64,000 nucleotides of DNA from NCBI GenBank assembly GCA_028826165.1, contig JAPDFW010000101.1, positions 167,450 through 231,449 of the forward strand, in the 5' to 3' direction. The stretch comes from Anaeramoeba ignava BMAN (Eukaryota; Protista; Anaeramoebae). Positions 38,295 through 51,382 of this stretch are shown here, piece after piece. Each line of letters begins with the position of its first letter. Position 1 is the first letter of the stretch. A program made the translations under genes and the position numbers. The notes under the pieces were generated by a model. That model ran no database searches. It saw only the letters and a program-made list of their open reading frames with translations, and had not been told where the DNA came from.

Positions 38295-38679
38295 TTTTTG
38301 TTTTTAAAATGAATAAAATAAAATAAATATTTATGAAATAATAATAAATTAATAATAAAAATATTTTATTTTTCATTTTTATTTGTAATTAAATTTAAAT
38401 TGTAATTTTTATTGATAATTTTAAATAAAAATTTTGAATTTATTTTTCCTTTTTGTTTTTAAATAATATTTAAATAATATTAAATTAATAAGTAATTAAT
38501 AATTATTTTGTTTCAATTTCATTTATATTTTATATTTTTATTATTATTTATTATTAAATTTATTTTTATTTTTGTTTTAAAAATTAAGAATATTAAAAAT
38601 AAATTTACTTAATTTTTTTAAATTTATTTTTTAAAAAGAAAAATGAAAAATAAATGGAATAAAAATATTTTAAATAATT

Positions 38680-39070
38680 AAAAAAAAAGAATATTAAATA
38701 ATTAAATTTTTACTTATATTTTATTAATATTTATTTATTTAAAATAATATAAAACAATTCTCAATAATTTAATAAAATTAATAAAATATTTTAATTAATT
38801 TATCTAAAAATGAAATAAAGAATATTAAATAATTAAATTTGGAATTAATTATATTTTATATATTTTATTAATATTTCTTTATTTAAAATAATATAAAATA
38901 ATTCACAATAATTAAATAAATTTGATAAAATATTTTTAATTAATTTATTTCCAAAAATGGAATAAAGAATATTAAATAATTAAATTTAGAATTAATTTTA
39001 TTTTATATATTTTATTAATATTTCTTTATTTAAAATAATATAAAATTATTCCCAATAATTAAATAAAATT
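38680..39070. repeat. Degenerate ~130-150-bp AT-rich tandem repeat, ~3 copies
   Basis: AAGAATATTAAATAATTAAATTT recurs at ~38687, 38818, 38966. Confidence 0.6.
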
Positions 39071-39589
39071 GAAAAGAAAATTGAAATATTTTAATAAAGA
39101 TAAAAATTGAATTTTAATAATTTTTATCAATAATTTAAATTGAATTGAATTTATTTTCTATTTAAATAATATTTTCATTGCTTAAATTAATATTTTTGAA
39201 TATTTATTAATCCAATTTTAATTATAATAAAATATATTAAAAATGAAAATTTAAATTGAAAATTGTTTTAAAATATTTTAATAAAGATAAAAATTAAATT
39301 TTAATAAGATTTAATAATAAATTTTAATTAATTTTTTCTTAAATTATCTAATAATAAATAATTTAAATTTAATTATTATTAATTTCTATTTTCAATTTTT
39401 ATTTTTGTTTATTATCTTGAAAAAACAATTTTTCATTTTTTTTATTAAATTTTTAATAATAATTTTAAATTAATTTGAATTTGTTTAAAATTTGATTTCT
39501 TTTCCTATTTATTGATTTAAAGAAGTTAATTTAATTGAAAGTAAATTAAAATAAAATTGAATTTTGAAAAAGAAATGAAAAAATATTTT

Positions 39590-41031
39590 TTAAATGAAAT
39601 AAGTTTCAAGTTCATCAACAATCCATTTATTCCAAGAACCAGCTAAATAATTTTTAGATTCATTTGTTCCATATTTAATTCCTTTAGGAAGATTATAAGT
39701 TTTACCAAAATTTGAACCATCAAGTTGTAAATTAGAATTTAACCAAAAATCATGTCCATTTCCAAAAATTGCACCATAAATTGAATAAGATTTAACAGCA
39801 TATCTTTCTTCATTTTGATTAATTGTAAATTTTTCTGGTTTTCTATTATTCTTATCATTTCTTAATGAAAAAATAAAAGCATTTGGATCATTACTATATT
39901 CTCCAATGATTGAATGTTTAAATCCAACTTGAGTAAATCCTCCAAAAATAAAATTATCTTTTGTTTTGATAATAATTAATGTTTTTCCTTTATTATCACA
40001 TTTATTATGCCATTTTTTACAATCAAATCCATCTTTTTTTGCTGAATATCCTTTTTTCATTTTAGAAAAGAATTCATTATCATTTATCCATTCTTTTAAT
40101 TTCTTGAAGTATTTAAATTCTTTAATAATTTCTGAAGAATTTAAACCAAAATTTGATTTGAAAATTAATGAATTTTGATTTTGAATTTCTTTTTGAATAA
40201 ATTGATTTAATTCTTTTTCATTTTCTTCAAGTTTTTGGAATTGAAATAATTTTTGTGAAATTTGATTTGGAATTAAATCTTCTTTCAAAGTATCTTTAAG
40301 TTCTTTATTTGAAAAATCAATAAATCTAATTTTTTGAATAAAATTTGAAATTTGATTTTGTAATTTTTCTTTTTCTTCTTTTTCAAGTTCTTTTTCTTGA
40401 TTAATATTTAATTTATGTTTTCCCCATTTTATTATTGATTGAAAAGTTCAAATTCATTTATTAAAATTTTATTATTTGATAAAATTAAATTTAAATGATT
40501 TTCTTCAAGTTCAAGAAAAAATGAAGTTTTAATAAATTTATCAAAATTTTTAGAAATAAATTGATAAGAAGAATCTAATAATTGATTTAAGTTCATTGAT
40601 TCAGATAATTTAAGAACATCAACAATAGTTTCAATTTGTAAATTATTTTTGATAAAATTTAAAGAAATTTCAATTAATTCATCAATTAAATATTTTGAAG
40701 AAAAAATTAAAATTTCAATAACATTTTCTAAATTAATTTCAATTTTTCCTGAATAAAAATATTTCAAAATTGAGAATAGAATTGAATTTGAAACATCTTT
40801 TAGAATTAATTTATTTTCTTGAAATTCTTTCATTTTTGAATTAAAAAGAGATTTAAAATAATAATTTCTTGAAGAAAGAATTGATTTATGAGTTTTAAAT
40901 GAAAATTTATTTTGTTCACAAATTATTTCAAAATCAAAATAACTTTGATTTTGGTTTTGATTTTGATTTTGATTTTGAAATAAATTTTTTAAATCATTTG
41001 AAAGTTTTTCTAAATTTAAATAAGTTTCCAT
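39590..41031 (-). CDS. BTB-BACK-TLDc domain protein (1-nt frameshift ~40443)
   Basis: BTB (FKTHKSILSSRNYYFKSLF), BACK-like (EFELF.SIIKWGK after restoring one T), TLDc (YSAKKDGF..WHNKCDNKGKTLIIIKTKDNFIFGGFT; VDELETY). Confidence 0.85.
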
Positions 41032-41125
41032 TTTTGAAATAAAAAAAATTAAAAAAAAAATGAATTTAAAAAATTTTTTTCATTTTTTTCTTTCTTTTAA
41101 AATAAAAACAAAAACAAAAACAAAA

Positions 41126-42364
41126 ATGGAATTTGGAATTTATCATGAAGTTCAAAAAGATGTATTTTCAATTAAAATTAAATTGAGAATTAAATTATAA
41201 AATATAAAAATATATAAAAATAATAAATAGGATGCATTATGTGCAGCTCATTGTTTAAATTCACTTTTACAAGGACAATATTTTTCAGCAGGAGAATTAA
41301 CTGAAATAGCAGAAACACTTGATGAATTAGAAAGACAAACAATGGCACAAAATGGAATTGATTCAGTTGATTTTCTTAAATTTATGGCTCAAGATTCAAA
41401 AAATGTTGATCTTTCAGGAAATTTTAGTGTTCAAGTTTTAATTAAAGCTTTAGAAGCTTTTAATATTTCTTTAATTCCTTTATTTCATCCTAGTGAAAAA
41501 AATTCAAGAGAAAATCCTCATTTACAAAATGCTTTTATTGCAAATTATATGAGTCATTGGTTTACAATTAGGAAGTAATTTTAAATTTTTTATCCGATTT
41601 TAATTTTAATATTAATTTTTTATCCGATTTTAATTTTATAAATGAATTTTAATTTTAATTTTAATTTTAATTTTAATTATAATTTTAATTATAATTTTAT
41701 AAATGAATTTTAATTTTAATTTTAATTTTAATTTTATAAATGAATTTTAATTTTAATTTTAATTTTAATTTTGATTTTAATTTTAATTTTAATTTTAATT
41801 TTAAATTTTAATTTTATATTTAATATTAATTTTATATTTAATATTAATTTTATAAATGAATTTTAAATGAATTTTAGATTTGGAGGTTCAATTTGGTTTA
41901 ATTTAAATAGTTTATTTAAAGAACCAGAATATGTTTCATCAACATTTTTATCACTTCTTCTTTCACAATTACAACAAGAAGGTTATACAATATTTGTTGT
42001 TAAAGGAATTTTACCAGAATCAAAAGCTGATCAATTTCTTGAAGGATTAACTGAACTTCCAAATTATAAAAAATATCAAAAACCAAAACAAAAACCAAAA
42101 ATAGAAAAAATGAAAAAAAAAGATTCAATTGAAATAAATCCAATTTTAAAAGAAACAATTGAAAAAAGTAAAAGAGAAATGATAAATAAAGAAGAATGTA
42201 AATTATAATTTTTTAAATTAAAAAAAAAAATCGGATAAAAAAAATTAATTTAAATTTTTAATTTTTAATTTAAATTTAATTTAGTTGATGAACAACAACA
42301 AATGGAATTAGCAATTCAACTTAGTCTTCTTGAAATTAATAAAGAAGAAAAAAAAGAAAAATAA
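41126..42364 (+). CDS. ATXN3: Ataxin-3 (Josephin-domain deubiquitinase with a C-terminal UIM); exons 41126..41161, 41231..41574, 41878..42197, 42285..42364
   Basis: IYHEVQ..LCAAHCLNSLLQG (Cys), SHWFTIRK (His), WFNLNSL (Asn), GNFSVQVL, UIM DEQQQMELAIQLSLLE. Intron phases are consistent. Confidence 0.9.
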
Positions 42365-42481
42365 CAAAACAAAATAATTAAAATTTTTTTTTCATTTTTT
42401 TTCTCTTTTCTTTTTTTTTAAATTAATTAATTCAATAAAAAAAAAAAGCAATAATTAATAATTATAAATAAATAAATAAAA

Positions 42482-45400
42482 ATGAATAACAATCTTTCAT
42501 TTGAAACAAATTCACTTCTTAATAAAATTAAATTAAATCCAGATATTTCAATACTTAAACAAACAGAACAAGAAAATATAAATCAATTATCATCTTATGA
42601 AATTCTTATAAGATGGGTAAATTTTCAAGCAGTAAAATCAGGACAAAATAATCCAGTGAGAAATTTAGGAAAAGATTTATCAGTAATTATTTTTAATTTT
42701 AATTTATAATTTTTAATTTATTTTTAATTTTAAATTTATTTTTAATTTATTTTTAATTTATTTAGGATTCAATTACTTTATCTTATGTTCTTGCTGAATT
42801 AGAACCTGAAATTAATTTTTTTGAAACTTTAATGGAACCTTTAAAACAAAGAGCTTCAACTTTATTAGATTTATTACATAAAACAAATTATTCTGGAATG
42901 TTTTGTACACCTGAAGATATAACTTCAGTAAACAAAATATTTGAATAATTTTAATAATAATTTTAATAATAAATTTAATAATAATAATAAATTTAATAAT
43001 AATTTTAATAATAAATTTAATAATAATTTTAATAATAATTTTAATAATAAATTTAATAATAAATATAATAATAAATTTTAATATAATTTTAATAATAATT
43101 TTAATAATAATTTTTAATAATACATTTATTAATAATTTTAATAATAATTTTAATAATAAATTTAATAATAATTTTAATAATAAATTTAATAATAAATTTA
43201 ATAATAATTTTAATAATAAATTTAATAATAATTTTAATAATAATTTTAATAATAATTTTAATAATAATTTTAATAATAATTTTAATAATAATTTTAATAA
43301 TAATAATTTTAATAATAATTTTAATAATAATTTTAAATAATAATAAATTTAATAATAATTTTAATAATAATTTTAATAATAAATTTTAATAATTTTAATA
43401 ATAATAATTTTAATAAATTTAATAATAATTTTAATAATAATTTTAATAATAATTTTAATAATAATTTTAATAATAATTTTAATAATAATTTTAATAATAA
43501 TTTTAATAAATTTTAATAATAATTTTAATAAATTTAATAATAATTTTAATAATAATTTTAATAATAATTTTAATAATAATTTTAATAATAATTTTAATAA
43601 TAATTTTAATAATAATTTTAATAATTTTAATAATAATTTTAATAATAAATTTTAATAATAATTTTAATAATAATTTTAATAATAAATTTAATAATAATTT
43701 TAATAATAATTTTAATAATAATTTTAATAATAATTTTAATAATAATTTTAATAATAATTTTAATAATAATTTTAATAATAAATTTTAATAATAATTTTAA
43801 TAATAATTTTAATAATAATTTTAATAATAAATTTAATAATAATTTTAATAATAATTTTAATAATAATTTTAATAATAATTTTAATAATAAATTTAATAAT
43901 AATTTAATTTTAATAATAATTTAATAATAATTTTAATAATAATTTTAATAATAATTTTTAATAATAAATTTAATAATAATTTTAATAATAATTTTAATAA
44001 TAATTTTAATAATAATTTTTAATAATAATTTTAATAATAATTTTTAATAATAATTTTAATAATAATTTTAATAATAATTTTAATAATAATTTTAATAATA
44101 ATTTTAATAATAATTTTTAATAATAATTTTAATAATAATTTTAATAATAATTTTTAATAATAATTTTAATAATAATTTTAATAATAATTTTTAATAATTT
44201 TAATAATAATTTTAATAATAATTTTAATAATAATTTTAATAATAATTTTAATAATAATTTTAATAATAATTTTTAATAATAATTTTAATAATAATTTTAA
44301 TAATAATTTTAATAATAATTTTAATAATAATTTAATAATAAATTTAATAATAATTTTAATAATAATTTTTAAATATTTTAATAATAAATTTTTAAATATT
44401 TTTATTTATAATTTTAATAATAAATTTAATAATAATTTTATTTATAATTTTAATAAATAATTTTAATAAAAAAATTTAATAATAATTTTAATAATAAATT
44501 TAATAATAAATTTAATAATAATTTTAATAATAAATTTTAATAATAATTTTAATAATAATTTTAATAATAATTTTAATAATAATTTTAATAATAATTTTAA
44601 TAATAATTTTAATAATAAATTTAATAATAATTTTTTAAATAATTTTAATAAAAAAAGGGAAATGAAGATATAATTGTTACATTTTTAATGGAATTATTTT
44701 TATGGAGACCAACACTTACAACAAAAAAATCAATAGAAAGATTACAAGAATCAATAGAAGAATTAACTAAAGAAAAAGAACAAAATTATTCACCAAAACT
44801 TGAAGATCTTCTTTCCCAATTTAGAGGAGGTTATCAAGCAACTCAAAGACTTTTCAAAAAGAAACCAATTCAAAAAAATCAAAAAAATCAAAAATCAAAA
44901 TCAAAATGAAAATCAAACAAAATCAGAAGTTGTTAAAAAACAAGAACCAGTTTTATCTAAAAGAGAACAAATTCTTTCTCAAACTCAACATTTAGAATCA
45001 TTTAAAGTTAAAGTTTCTGAAAATGAAAGAAAAAATGAACTTTTGGATAATGAAATAGAAAATGCTAATAATGAATATCAACATTTACTTGAAAAAAGAA
45101 AGAAATTGGAAATGGAAATCAATCAAAAAGAAAAAATATTGAATGAAGAAATTATGAAAAAACATAATGAACAAAAATTAAAACAACAAAAACTAAAAGA
45201 ACCAAAATATATTACTTTTTTATCTTTTGTTGAGAATAGTAATGAATTATTGAATGAATTTGAAGGGTTTTTTAAAGAACTTGGATTTTTATTCTCAAGT
45301 TTTCAATCTGATTTACCAGAAATTCAAGATGAAGCTAAAAAACTTTTAAAAACAATTTGTGATGTTATTTTATTAAATTCTGAAGTAAATATTTTTAAAT

Positions 45401-47971
45401 TTCATGTAATTTTATATTTATTATTTATATTTATTTTTTTTTGGAAATAGAATATGAATATGCCAGTTTCTACAAAAATTTTACTTAAAGCTATATTTGC
45501 AATTATTAATAAAAATACAACTTCTCCGTTATCAGATTCTGGAATTGAAAAAATTAGACATATGATTACATTTCTTGATCCAAAAAATGATTCAATGATT
45601 TTCCATACTTTAGATCAAATTAATCTTACACTTTCAAATGAAAAATTAACAAATAAAATTAATATCTATCGTTCTTTACAAGCATTATTTAATAATTTTT
45701 ATTTTTCACAGAAATTTAGAAATGCAATTATTCATAAATTATTATCATTATTTCCACAAACAATTCAAGGTAATTTTATTTAAAATTAAAAAAATATTTT
45801 TATTCTTATTTTTATTCTTATTTAAAAAAAAAAAAGATCCTAAGTTAATGAAAGAAATGAAGAGAATAGTTGATTTACAATCCCAAAATTCATTTTTTGG
45901 ATTTCCAAATTTTGAGCTTGTTGAACAATCAATATCTTCTTTTTTAAAATTACAAAAAAACATGAATGATGTAAAAATTTTTTTAATTTACAAGACATTT
46001 TCAATTTTTCATTAATTTTTTTTTAATTTTAGTCTCCAAAAAATATAGTTCAATTAGCAAAGAAAAAAGCTATTGGGAAAACAATAAGAATGATTATAAG
46101 AAGAATTGATAAAAGAACAACATCTGAATTTGGAAATAAAGAATCAGAAGATTCAGAAATCATTTCAGAAGATTCAAATCCAATCAAATTTGAAAAAAGA
46201 AAAGAATATCTTTCTTTATTTTTAAATGAAGATGATTTTGATTTTTTTATTGAAATTCTTTCACGAAAAGAACCAATTTCATATATTGATTCAATAGCAG
46301 AAAATTTATTTGATTTTTTAGAACCATTTGGAGTTACAATGCCAGTTATTAAAACTTATATTTTGGAGGAAGTATTTCAAGGAGAAAATCCAAGATCACT
46401 TTTTCAAACAATGAATGTTGGAACAAAAATATTATTAAAATACATTTTAACTTATTCAGGAAATTATTTGAAAGATTCATTATCAGATTTTATTGAAAAA
46501 TTATCAAAAACAAGTTTTAATTTGGAAGTTGATCCAAAAAAACCAGAATATACAAGTAATCAAAATCAATTATTGGAAAGATTCAGTAATATAAAACAAT
46601 TATTTGGAGGAATGTTTCAACAAGTTATAAATTCAAAAGAATCAATTCCTATTGAAATTCAAGTCATTTGTTATTATTTTAAAAATATTACTTTACTTAA
46701 GTTTGCAAAAGATGAATCTTTATTTAGTGTTGGAATATTCTTTTTACATATTTTACTCAGTAATGTTTTACAGAATCCTCAAGATTTTGAAATTTCAAAA
46801 GGTTAATAATTTTAAATGAAGAAAAAAGAAAATTTTCAAAAGAATTGATTTATATTTTTATTTATATTTTTTATTTATATTAGTTCAATTAACTCAACAT
46901 ATAAAAAGAATATTATATATCTTTTCAATTATTCTTCAAAATTTATCAAAAGGTGCTTCTTTTGAAAATGAAACAGAATATTTATCTCCTTTGAATGATT
47001 TACTTCTTAAATATATGTTTGTTACAAGAGAATTTTTCATTTCCATTTCTGTAAAAAAAATTAAATTTTTAAAAAGAAAAAGAATTTTGAATTAAATTTT
47101 AAAATTTAAATTTTAGGAAATTCCAAAAACTAATCAATCATTTTCAGAAAATTTTAATATTGAACAAGTTTTCGGAATTGATTCAAAAAATTCAAGTCTT
47201 AGTTTCTTAGAATTATTTCCAGATACAGAATTAGATCCTGAAAGATTTGCATCAGAATTTATTGAAATAGTTTATGGATCACTTTCAAACAATAAAGAAT
47301 TTTTTTCACCTTTTGGAGTTAAATATTCAACAACAATTAGTGAAAAAGTTAATTTAGCAACACAAAATTTATCATCATTAAACAGAAGTTTTGCATCAAT
47401 TCAATTATTATTAACAGAATTAGGGAAAATATTATCAACAGAAAAAACAAGTGAAAATTTACAAAAAATTCAAACGAAAAAAACGAATAAAAATTCAAAT
47501 GAAAATGAACCAATTAAGAATAAATCACCAACACCAAAACAAAAAAAGGAAAAACCAAAGAAAGTGAAAAAACCAAAGAAATCACAAGTTGAATCAAGTT
47601 TATTAAATTCTTGGCTTGATAATTTAACAGCTCCAACTGAAAAAGAAGCATTTATTCAACATAAAAACAAAAAATTAGGATGGAAAAAAAGATATATTGT
47701 TTTGAAATCTTATTATTTAGCTGTTTTTCAGAAAAATAATGATGATCTTTCTTCTCCTATTGATGTTATTTTTCTTGATACTGAAACTAGAATGTTTTTT
47801 GCTAAACCTTCTGATTCTAAAAAGAAAAATTCTTTTGTTTTGGTTCCTAAACAAGATGAAAAAGATAGAACTATTATTTCTTGTGAAAATAAACAAGATG
47901 TTGTTGATTGGCTTTCAATTCTTAGGAAATCAAGAAATAAAGTTAGAAAAGATACTTTTAATCAAAATTAA
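42482..47971 (+). CDS. CH domain + coiled coil + degenerate RasGAP + PH protein; introns 42683-42765, 42928-44657, 45385-45450, 45770-45836, 45971-46032, 46802-46883, 47051-47116; frameshift ~44890
   Basis: Plastin-type CH (EILIRWVNFQ..VRNLGKDLSDS..DITSGNEDIIVTFLMELF), RasGAP-like segments (NLEVDPKK; IPIEIQVICYYF), PH (KLGWKKRYIVLKSYYL..DVVDWLSIL). Confidence 0.8.
42945..44650. repeat. Intronic 12-bp satellite (AATAATAATTTT)n
   Basis: Directly visible inside intron 42928-44657. Confidence 0.9.
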
Positions 47972-48600
47972 ATTTAATTTCAATTCTTTTCAATTTAATT
48001 TCTTTTCAATTTAATTTCAATTTAATTTAATTTCAATTTAATTTCTTTTCAATTTAATTTCAATTTAATTTCAATTTCAATTTAATTTCTTTTCAATTTA
48101 ATTTCTTTTCAATTTAATTTCTTTTCAATTTAATTTCAATTTCTTTTCAATTTAATTTCAATTTAATTTCAATTTAATTTCAATTTAATTTCAATTTAAT
48201 TTCTTTTCAATTTAATTTCTTTTCAATTTCATTTCAATTTAATTTCTTTTCAATTTAATTTCTTTTCAATTTAATTTCAATTTCTTTTCAATTTAATTTC
48301 AATTCAATTTCAATTTCAATTTAATTTCTTTTCAATTTAATTTCTTTTCAATTTCAATTTAATTTCAATTTCTTTTCAATTCAATTTCAATTTAATTTCA
48401 ATTTAATTTCAATTTAATTTCTTTTCAATTCAATTTCAATTTAATTTCAATTTAATTTCATTTCAATTTCATTTCAATTTCATTTCAATTTAATTTCAAT
48501 TTCTTTTTAATTTCAATTTAATTTCAATTTAATTTCAATTTAATTTCTTTTCAATTTCAATTTCAATTTGATTTCAATTTAATTTCTTTTCAATTTCTTG
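47972..48600. repeat. Intergenic (TTCAATTTAAT / TTCTTTTCAATTTAAT)n satellite
   Basis: Directly visible. Confidence 0.85.
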
Positions 48601-48735
48601 TTTTTGCTTTTTTTTTAATTCATTCCACATTTTTTTTTTAATTCAAAACAAAACAAAAAAAAAAACCAAAACATTTAAAAAGGAAAAAAAAAATTTTTCA
48701 TTTTTCATTTTTCATTTTTTATTTTATTTTTTATT

Positions 48736-51281
48736 ATGAATTCAAATCAAAATTTAAATTTTGAAAATAATATTCAAAAAAGAACAAAATTCACAAATTC
48801 ATCTTTTCAACAAAATTATAATCAAAATTCACAAATAAATTTAAATCAAAATTATAATCAAAATTCACAAATAAATTATAATCAAAATTCAAATCAAAAT
48901 TTTAATCAAAATTCACAAATAAATTATAATCAAAATTCAAATCAAAATCCAAATCAAAAATTAAATCAAAATTATAATCAAAATTCAAATAATATCAAAA
49001 ATTTAATAACAATTCAAAATCCTAATAATAATTTCAATCAAAATGAATTAATTGAAGGAGAAATTTTATATTTAAGAAAAGAATTATTTCAAAAAGAAAA
49101 AGAAAATTTAAAACTTGATTCTGAAATTACAAAATTAAAAACTCAACTTAAAAATCAAGATGAAATAAAAAATAAAGTTTTAAAAGAAGAAATTGAAAGA
49201 TTACAAGCTCGTTTACAATTTATTCAAAATGATTTGAAAAAAAAAGATCAAGAAATTGAATATTATAAATCAAAAATGTCAAAATTAAATAATTCACCTC
49301 AAAATATTTCTCAAAATATTTCTCAAAAATATTCAATTAATCAACAAAATTTAAATAATAATAATAATAATTCATTTTTACAAAAACTTCCAAATCAAAA
49401 TCCAAATTCTTTCTTTCCAGAACCTCAATTTTTACAACAAACAAAAGAAAGAAATGAATTAAGTCCTTTAAAATTATCTCCAAAAAATAAGAATCAAAAT
49501 CAAAGCCAAAATATAAATTTAATTCAAATTCAAAATCAAAATCAAAATCAAAATCAAAATCAAAATCAAAATCAAAATCAAAATCAAAATCAAAATCAAA
49601 ATCAAAATCAAAATCAAAATCTAATTCAAAATCAAAATCAAAATCAAAATCAAAATCAAAATCAAATTTAATTCAAAATCAAAATCAAAATCAAAATCAA
49701 AATCAAAATTTAAATCAAAATCAAAATAAAAATCAAAATCAAAATCAAAATCAAAATCAAAATCAAAATCAAAATAAAATCATTTCAAATATAAATCAAA
49801 ATCAAAATAAAAATGTCATTTCAATCCAAAATGTAAATCAAATCCTTTCAAGTCAACTTTTAAGTCAAAAAATTCTTTCAAATCAAAAACAAAATCAAAA
49901 TCAAAAACCTGATAAAAATCAAATTCAAAATCAAATTCAAAATCAAATTCAAAAAGAAAAACAAAAAGAAATTGAGAAACAAATTAAAATTAAAATTCAA
50001 AAAGAAAAACAAAAAAATTTATCAATTCAACAAAATATTCAATTTGATTTAATTCCTTCTCCAAAAAATCCAATACAACAATCTTTTTTAATCAATTCTC
50101 CTTTTCAAGATCATGAACTTCTAAAAAAATATATTAATACTTCTTTTATTCATACTTTCAAAATTAATTTATTGAAATATTTATCACAAAATTTCTTATT
50201 TGAAAATCAAATTCAAGATGAAAAAGATATTTTTATTGATTTAGAAGATGACTTAATCAAATTAAATCAAATATTGGAAATTTCAAAAGATTTTGTTTTA
50301 ACAACATTTGGAATTTCAAATATAGAAATGGAAAAAGAAAAAATAACTAATTATTCAAAGAAATTAAATCAAAATGAAAATGAAAATGAAAATGAAATGA
50401 AAATTGAAAAGATAGAAAATGATTCATTTTTTGAAGTAGATCAAGAATTATCAGATCAAAATGAAAGTTTATTTGATTTAATTTTCAAATTCTTTCTTAA
50501 AATTATTCAATCCAAAAATCACATAAAATATCAAAATATAATTATTAAAATTCTCTCAATTTTCTCAACAATTAGTTTAGAAGCTTATAAATATCCATTT
50601 ATTTTCTTATCAAAATTCACAAACAAAATCATTTTTGAAGTACTTCTTAATCATAATGTTTACAAAATTAAATTACTTACACTTCAAATACTCAATAATT
50701 TAATCAAATCTTCATATATTTTTAGACAAATTAAAAGAATTACAATTGAAAGTAAAAAAAGAAAGAATAAATCACAAAAAATTCTGGATTTTATTATTGA
50801 ATTTATTGGAAAAAGTTTTGAAATTCGAAGAGAAAGTGTTAAATTATTTACATTCATTTCACTTCATTATTATAAAAAAGCTTCTTCATTTTTTCAACCA
50901 AATTTATTAATTTCAAAATTGATTTATTTACTTGATAAACAAATTCTTCAAAATATTTCATTTAATGAAATTAAGAATTGCAATATAACTTTAATTTTCT
51001 TTCAAGAAATAATTGATTTATTATCAATTATGGTTATTGTTGATATTGAAAATTTTTCAAAAAGTTTATTAATAATGAAACATCATTTTCTTAGTGCAAT
51101 TAATAGAATTTTATCATTTAAAAAATCTTTTTTTTATTTAGAAGAAAAAGAAAATGAAAAATTAAAAACAAATTTAAATTTAGAAACAGAAATAGAAATA
51201 GAAACAAATTATAATGGAATAAAAATTATTGAACAAATTATTCAAAAAACAGAATTTATTACAAATTTAATTCATTTATAA
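48736..51281 (+). CDS. Coiled-coil + helical-repeat protein, ATRIP/Rad26-like candidate (frameshift in the NQ tract ~49665)
   Basis: Coiled coil beginning [12 protein letters not shown], a poly-NQ linker and a HEAT-like C-terminal ORF. The family call is weak and rests on architecture. Confidence 0.45.
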
Positions 51282-51382
51282 AAAATTTCAAATTAAAAAT
51301 TCTTTTTTTTTATTGAATTTTTTTTATTAAAACCAAATATTGAATTGAATTGAATATTTTTTTTTTGATTTTGTTTTTGAAA

